DNA of 64,000 nucleotides, taken from assembly GCA_001600695.1 (NCBI GenBank), contig BCKQ01000006.1, positions 1,050,483 through 1,114,482 on the forward strand, given 5' to 3'. A model generated the notes under the pieces. That model worked only from the letters and a program-made list of their open reading frames with translations, was not told the origin of the DNA and ran no database searches. Source of the stretch: Ascoidea asiatica JCM 7603. Its lineage: Eukaryota > Fungi > Ascomycota. The translations under genes and the position numbers were made by a program. Below are positions 57,722 through 64,000 of this stretch, in pieces (within the stretch, counting starts at the first letter, position 1; each line of letters opens with the position of its first letter).

Positions 57722-58656
57722 TCAGTTTTCACTAGTATCAATATCAATAACCTCAAGCTCAGAATTATTCTGAAATAATTCTTCAATTGATAAATCATAT
57801 ACAGGCTCTTTTGACTCTGCATCTTCAGTAAAGGTTCTACTTCCACCTGAATTTTTTGTTCTATTGGAATTGATTTCTTGTTTAAAATCGTCCGCATTAA
57901 TAGTCTCTAATTTTTCCAATTTTCTATTTTTTCCTCGTTTGTCCATAATTCTAGCAGACTTGCGTTCTGCTTCGAAATTCCCTTCATTTTCACTATTCTC
58001 AATATCATAATTATCATCATAGTCTCCATCTTCATATTCAGAGTGATAATTGTCACTTTCAGCACCTAGAATTTCCTGTTCAATACTATTATTCAAGTTA
58101 GTTTCTTCATCATCACCTTCATCTTCATCACTTATTATGATTTTTTTCTTTTTACTTCCTTTTGACGCCACAATATTTTTTCTTTGAAATAAATCTATAT
58201 CAAAATTCAAGTTTAAGTTATTCCCTTTGCCTTCCGAATGATTTAACAATAAGTCATGAGTTATTTTATCGCTATTGTTTCCTGCAACGACATTTCCACT
58301 TTGAGTTACCATACCCGGATAGCATTTAACAAAAGTAGATAATTTAGCTTTTTCGGTACCAATATTATAATCTTTTATTAATTTTTGAATTTTAGTTTCA
58401 TCTTCTTTTTCTATATCTATTTTTTCAAGTAAAGCTTCATTATAGGGATGATGATTGTTGTTATTATCGTTGAAAATTTTACCATTAGCTTTTGCAATAG
58501 AACTTAAAAACTTTTCATCATCTTCATCAATTATCTTCTCTGTCTTAATTTCGAATAGTTTCTCCATTTTTTTCATTCTCAAATGCAAATCATCAACTGA
58601 CTGCCTTTCCATAGTTCGACTATCCTCAATATCATCTTTTAAAAAATTGACTAAAA

Positions 58657-58728
<72 letters not shown>

Positions 58729-60829
58729 CAAAGCTTCTATTGTTAGAACTTTTCAGTGAAATATTTTTGCTGGTGGAGAGAATTTTACTGGAAACACCCC
58801 CTGAGGAACCATATAAAACAGGTTTCCAAATTAAAAGCTCCGGCTTTAGCTTTAGATATTTTTTCGATTCCCATTTTTTTATGATTTCTTCTATTTTCAG
58901 AAAATCAAAATTAATAGCATATTTTCCACTTAAGGTATCCTTTACTAGCCCATTAAGTTGTTCAAGCCCTACAATAACGTCGGAGGCAATCATTCCTGTT
59001 AAATTGCATATATCAATTATTGAAATTCTTATATGCTCATTTTCGTAAACCTCCTCATTGCCACTATCTTCGATATCACTGTCACTTTCTGAGCTATTAC
59101 TTACGCCAAAGTCTTCTTCATCACTATTATTTGAACCTTTAATTTTATTTTTGAAATTTTTATTTTTCGCTTTTAATAATGCTTTTAAAGGAGACTTCAT
59201 TGGACTATTTCTTATATTTAACTTCAAAAGGCTTTTTTTTTTTTTTAAACGACTGAATTTTAGAGGACTTGGAGTGGAAATCAACGACTTTAGTGGTGAT
59301 TTAAAAGGAGATTTTTTGAATGAATTGTCATTATAACTAACAGTTGAAGATATTGACTTGGTTCTTTGATTTTTTTTATCCATGTGATTTTTTCCACTTA
59401 AATTCAACTGTCTTAAAATATCTCTCAAGCAATAGGCTAATTTAACCTTCCAAAAATTTCTATAGCTTAACAAACCCAGATCACTTAAAGGCTTTTCAGG
59501 GGTTCCATATTTGAATTCCCTTTTTGATAATAAATAACTAAAGTCTATTAAAAAATTTCCATAACCTTTTCTTTGATATATAGGTAATGTCAAAATACAA
59601 CTTACATTATAATCACTTACTTGTTTTTCTTTAGAAAAATACCCTATAAACTTGAATGAATTCAACGCAAAATCAATCTCACACAAAACATAGAACATAA
59701 ACGGTTGAACATCAAAATACAATGTTTTTGAGTTTAGAAATAATTTTGACAACAAACAAATATTCTGACAATAACTAAGATGCTTTCTACCATCGACTTC
59801 AAAAACAGAAATTTTATTTGAAAGATCTCTATAAATTTCATCTCCAGGAGGATGACTCAATGTACACTTCGATTTATGTCTTAACATTTGATAACTTGAA
59901 CTTCTAAAACACAAGCAATATTCACAAATATGTAATACTTTGAATTTATTATATTCATCAGGATATGGAGAAGAATACCAGGTATCTATTTCATAACCAC
60001 AAATATGCACAGATTCAATTTTCGGGATATCTTTTTGCAAAACATAATAATTATATGGATTTTTCTGTTTCAAATCATTAGATCTTTGTTTAATTTGAGT
60101 TCCATTTGAATTTAATGATTTTATATGCTCTGATCTGGTTAAGGATTTTTGAAATGTTGATCTATCTACTTTATTTGGTGCAGTTTTAAAAGTATGAGCA
60201 TCATCTAAATCTAAAGCACCTCTATAAGGTAACTCATATACGTCAAAATCACAATCAGAGTCAAACTCTGAATTCTCATGTTCTTCATTTCTAAGTATTT
60301 GATTAGTTTTAGATTTTCTAAAGCTGATATGGATATTATTTTCTTCTGTGCTTTTAGTATTTTTGAGAGAACTATCATTTGTCGGATGAAGAACTGAATT
60401 TAATTTTTCTTTATTTAAATTCAATTTTATTTTATAATCGTTGCCTATTTTTACAAAATTATTATTGAAATACTTTAAGTTTTTTTTCTTTATTATATTC
60501 ATTTCCTTTTTTTTCCGTGAATTTCTTGTTTCCAAGACTCGAGAATTGGTTTTATAGTGACCATTTTTATCAAAAATAATAGATCTAGGAATTAAAATAT
60601 TATCGTTAAGATTATTGCGTTCATTATTCTCAGGCATTTTACTTGAACTATTAGACTCATTAGAATCATTTAAGGATATAGTTTTTTTTATCAAAGTCTC
60701 ATATTCTTTGTTATCAGGGATAGTTAGATTGTTTATGAGACTCTTTAATTTTCTTTTTCTTTTCAATTCCTTTTCCTTTTCAATCTCCTCCTGTGATAAA
60801 GCCAGCTTTATTTTCAATTTGGGAGACAT
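57722..60829 (-). CDS. SAS3: MYST-family histone acetyltransferase, NuA3 catalytic subunit
   Basis: [15 protein letters not shown]2HC finger ICEYCL...[34 protein letters not shown]; upstream LPYRGAL and an acidic tail typical of Sas3. Confidence 0.9.
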
Positions 60830-61619
60830 GTTTCATATTTAGCAACACAAGGAATCTGGTCCTGGAATCTTTTGTATTATCTTCAATACTGCTTTATTAT
60901 ACTTTGAATAAATCTTAGATAACAAATTTTTTTTAAAATACTTTAATGAGTTTAAACTCATTAATAAACTATCAGTAAAGTTATTGTATTATAAAGTTAT
61001 TAAGTTTTGTAATAAATTAATAAAAACTCCGTTGGTTGTTTTACATGTGCGATGAAATCCAGGATTAAATCCGAGACGCGGTTGCCAATGATAATTTAAA
61101 TGGCGGTAACACCAGAAAATTAAAGTTTGCTTCATAATTACATACAAGACAATAGATTTATGCATAACTAGAAATAGAAGTTTAGCAAAAACTTCATTAA
61201 AATGCTTTCCGAAATACAAAGTGTAGATGCTTAAAGCAATTTAGAATTGAAATTCAATAACCAGCTAAAAAAAAATCAAATTTTTTGCATATTTTTATAA
61301 TTTTCATACTCTTCATTATTCTTAAAAAAACTAGATCATATATCAATTTGTCATAAAATGAAAACTAAGCAATAAAAAAGAATAAAAAAAAGATCAAAAG
61401 ATCAAAAAGGAAAACAAAAAAATATAAGCATAGAGTATATAAAAATAATGATAAAAAAATATTAAAGAAACAAAAATATAAAAAAAGACATGAATGAAAA
61501 GACCAAAAATTTAAAAAGGCATTAAAACAAAAGTCATTGACAGTTTATCATTCATCGCATGAATCTGCTGGTTTCGTCTATCATGAAGAAAAAAAAGATT
61601 TTTTACATTTTTGATGTAC

Positions 61620-62314
61620 TCAAATTGCAACGGGCCTTGTAGCCCCCCAAATATCTCTTTTTGAGTTATTATTACCGTTACTAGTGGTATTGGGATTAGA
61701 GCTAACATTATTACTGCTATTATTACCCAAATTTATATAATTTAGACCTATACTCATATTTCCTAGATTTAACCCAGCATTATTACCTGATGTATTAGCA
61801 TTACTGGATGTAGTACTACCGCCAGTTAAATTAACAGTTAATCCTGTCATTGACTCATTCAACATGCTTAAATTCAAATTACTCCCACCATGATTATTAC
61901 TGCTTCCTAAAAGAGACAACCCATTATTATTGTTAGGAGAAGTATACAAATTTGAATATGTTTGTAATAATGGGGAAGTAGAGCTTGTAGAGTTAGCCTT
62001 ATTAGAATTTAGAATTCCCATTCCCATATTACCAATTCCATAGCTATTATTTCCAAAACCATTGGCTTGAATGTTGTTATTGCTTCCAATATTCATATTT
62101 ACCTCATTTGAAAAACCAGAGTTATATTGATTCATGTTGGAAACTAATCTGTTTGACTGTAATTGCTGATTCTGAGTTTGCATGCCTTGAAGACTTACAC
62201 TAGAACCTCCTATTCCAGTGAGAAAATTGTTGTTTTTTTGATTTAAGGTTACAACTGAGGATTGATGAGATAATTGAGGTTGACTTATAGATAAAGAAGA
62301 GTTATTGTTATTAC

Positions 62315-62357
<43 letters not shown>

Positions 62358-62816
62358 TAAAGAATTAATATGGAGATTACCATTGTTAAGTTGATTGAGG
62401 ATTGTATTACTAGAGTTATCATGAATTCCAATTCCAAAGCCTTGATTAGAAGATAAAGTTCCTCCGTTGTTATTATTATTGTTGCTATTATTATTATTGT
62501 TGCTATTATTATTATTGTTGTTATTATTAGTATTATTGTATCTAGAAATAATCTCGATTCCTGGCGTTGGAGGTTGAGAAATTTGCTGATAGGTACTCAT
62601 TTGAGGATTTCTTTGAGCTTGAGGTTGTTGATGAATCAAAGGAATATTACGAATATCAGCATATGATCGTGTTCCTCTTGATAAAGCGGCTGAAGATAAA
62701 TATGGACCAGTAGGGGTTGGAGCATTGATAAAAGAAAGTTGCGATCTTGATTGAGGTAAAGGCGAAATAATATTCGAACTTAAATTTTCATTATTTTGAT
62801 TACCAACGCTGTTGAA

Positions 62817-62867
<51 letters not shown>

Positions 62868-64000
62868 GATATTATTGACATTATTGATATTATTGATATT
62901 ATTAATATTCGAATTATTATTATTCGAATTATTATTATTCACATTATTAGTATTATTCAATTCATAATTAAATGGCTGGGATTGATTATATCTTTGTTGG
63001 GCTAATAAACTATTGGCTGAGTTCGGGCTTTTATTGATATTCATATTATTAACCAAACCTAAAGAAGAATGTGATTGAGATCTAGTTAAAGAATTTAACT
63101 TATTATTTGAAGAATTAATATTATCTAAATATTGATGACTTGAATTTTGAATATTTTGAAAAAATGGTTTTCTTTTAATTATTATTAAACCATTTTCATG
63201 TGATTCAATTAAATTTAAAAAATTAGTTAATGTATATAAAATTTTTTTATGATTTTGTGAAATTGAAGAAGGATAAGCTAATTCTGTATAAAACTTTTTT
63301 GTATCATTTTTAAATATAACTAATTGAGTATAGTATTCCAAAATTTCCGGATCATTAAAGTTTAAGATATTCGGAGGCATTTGTGTATTTGAGATGCAAG
63401 GAATTGAAGGATAGAATCTTTCTATTGCATTAGGGTTGGAATTAAGATTTAAATTAATATTAGAGTTGGAACTAGAACCAATAGAATTTTGATTTAATAA
63501 AAGATTATTTAGGTTTAATTTATTATTAATGATACTGTTATTGTTATTATTAGGAACAATATTAATATTGTTATTATTAATATTATTGTTATTATTAAGT
63601 CCATGGATCGTATTTGTCATATTATTTATATTATTCATGTTATTCATATTATTCATATTAGTTGTATTATTGATGTTATTAATGTTACTCATGTTATTTA
63701 TATTACTCATACTATTGATATTATTCATATTACCAGTAGGTACTGAACTTATAGAGAATAAACTAGTTAAAGAAGCAGTTGAAGTAGAACGATGTTGCTC
63801 TTCCAATTGACCTCTTTTTTCACGCTTTTCTCTTTCAATTCTTTCTCTTTCAGCTAACGGTAACATTTTTTTATATTCAACTCTTAATTTTCTACCACCG
63901 ATTTCTCTACCATTTAAATTTTTAACAACAGAAGATGTTTCATCAGTTGAAGTAAAATTAGCAAAAGCTAAACCTCTAAATACCCCGTTATCAAAATGAT
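61620..64000 (-). CDS. PIN4: Pin4/Mdt1 RNA-binding protein (RRM, R3H-like domain, very Asn-rich tail); 5'-truncated by the window
   Basis: Frame stays open to the window end: HFDNGVFRGLAFANF...GRKLRVEYKKMLPLAERERIEREKREKRGQLEEQH; LNFNDPEILEYYTQL. Confidence 0.92.

Noticed and set aside
58455-59336. Antisense Leu/Ile-rich ORFs opposite SAS3 (similar ones opposite NUM1, STE11 and PIN4)
   Set aside because: Mirror translations of (AAT)n and biased codons on the coding strand.
1-64000. tRNA, rRNA or snRNA genes
   Set aside because: No convincing A/B-box cloverleaf or snRNA hallmark seen by eye; tRNAscan/Infernal would be needed to exclude them.

Overview
AT-rich, intron-poor eukaryotic DNA from a budding yeast (Saccharomycotina-type gene set, GTATGT/GTAAGT...TACTAAC-like...YAG introns, many poly-Asn tracts); the species cannot be fixed from the sequence. 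The window holds about 20 protein genes: 3' part of NUM1, STE11, MRPL35, a small unknown ORF, CYT1, a GH28 rhamnogalacturonase, a CBM1-GH45 glucanase, a DUF4112 protein, an SYG-repeat protein, TCP1, mitochondrial ProRS, SBH1, NAT1, an Iec3-like protein, INP51, TPS2, an SMF/NRAMP transporter, a divergent PQ-loop protein, a DOT6/TOD6-like Myb factor, SAS3 and the 3' part of PIN4. There is also one decayed full-length Ty1/copia retrotransposon (49290-56408, ~895-bp LTRs, AGATC target duplication, tRNA-iMet PBS) with a 977-bp foreign insertion nested in gag. The most interesting item is a head-to-head pair of secreted plant-cell-wall enzymes (rhamnogalacturonase + CBM1-GH45). The GH45 has a remodelled active site: the canonical catalytic acid Asp is Glu and its neighbours are also changed, suggesting altered substrate specificity. 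All family calls come from recalled motifs, not database searches.
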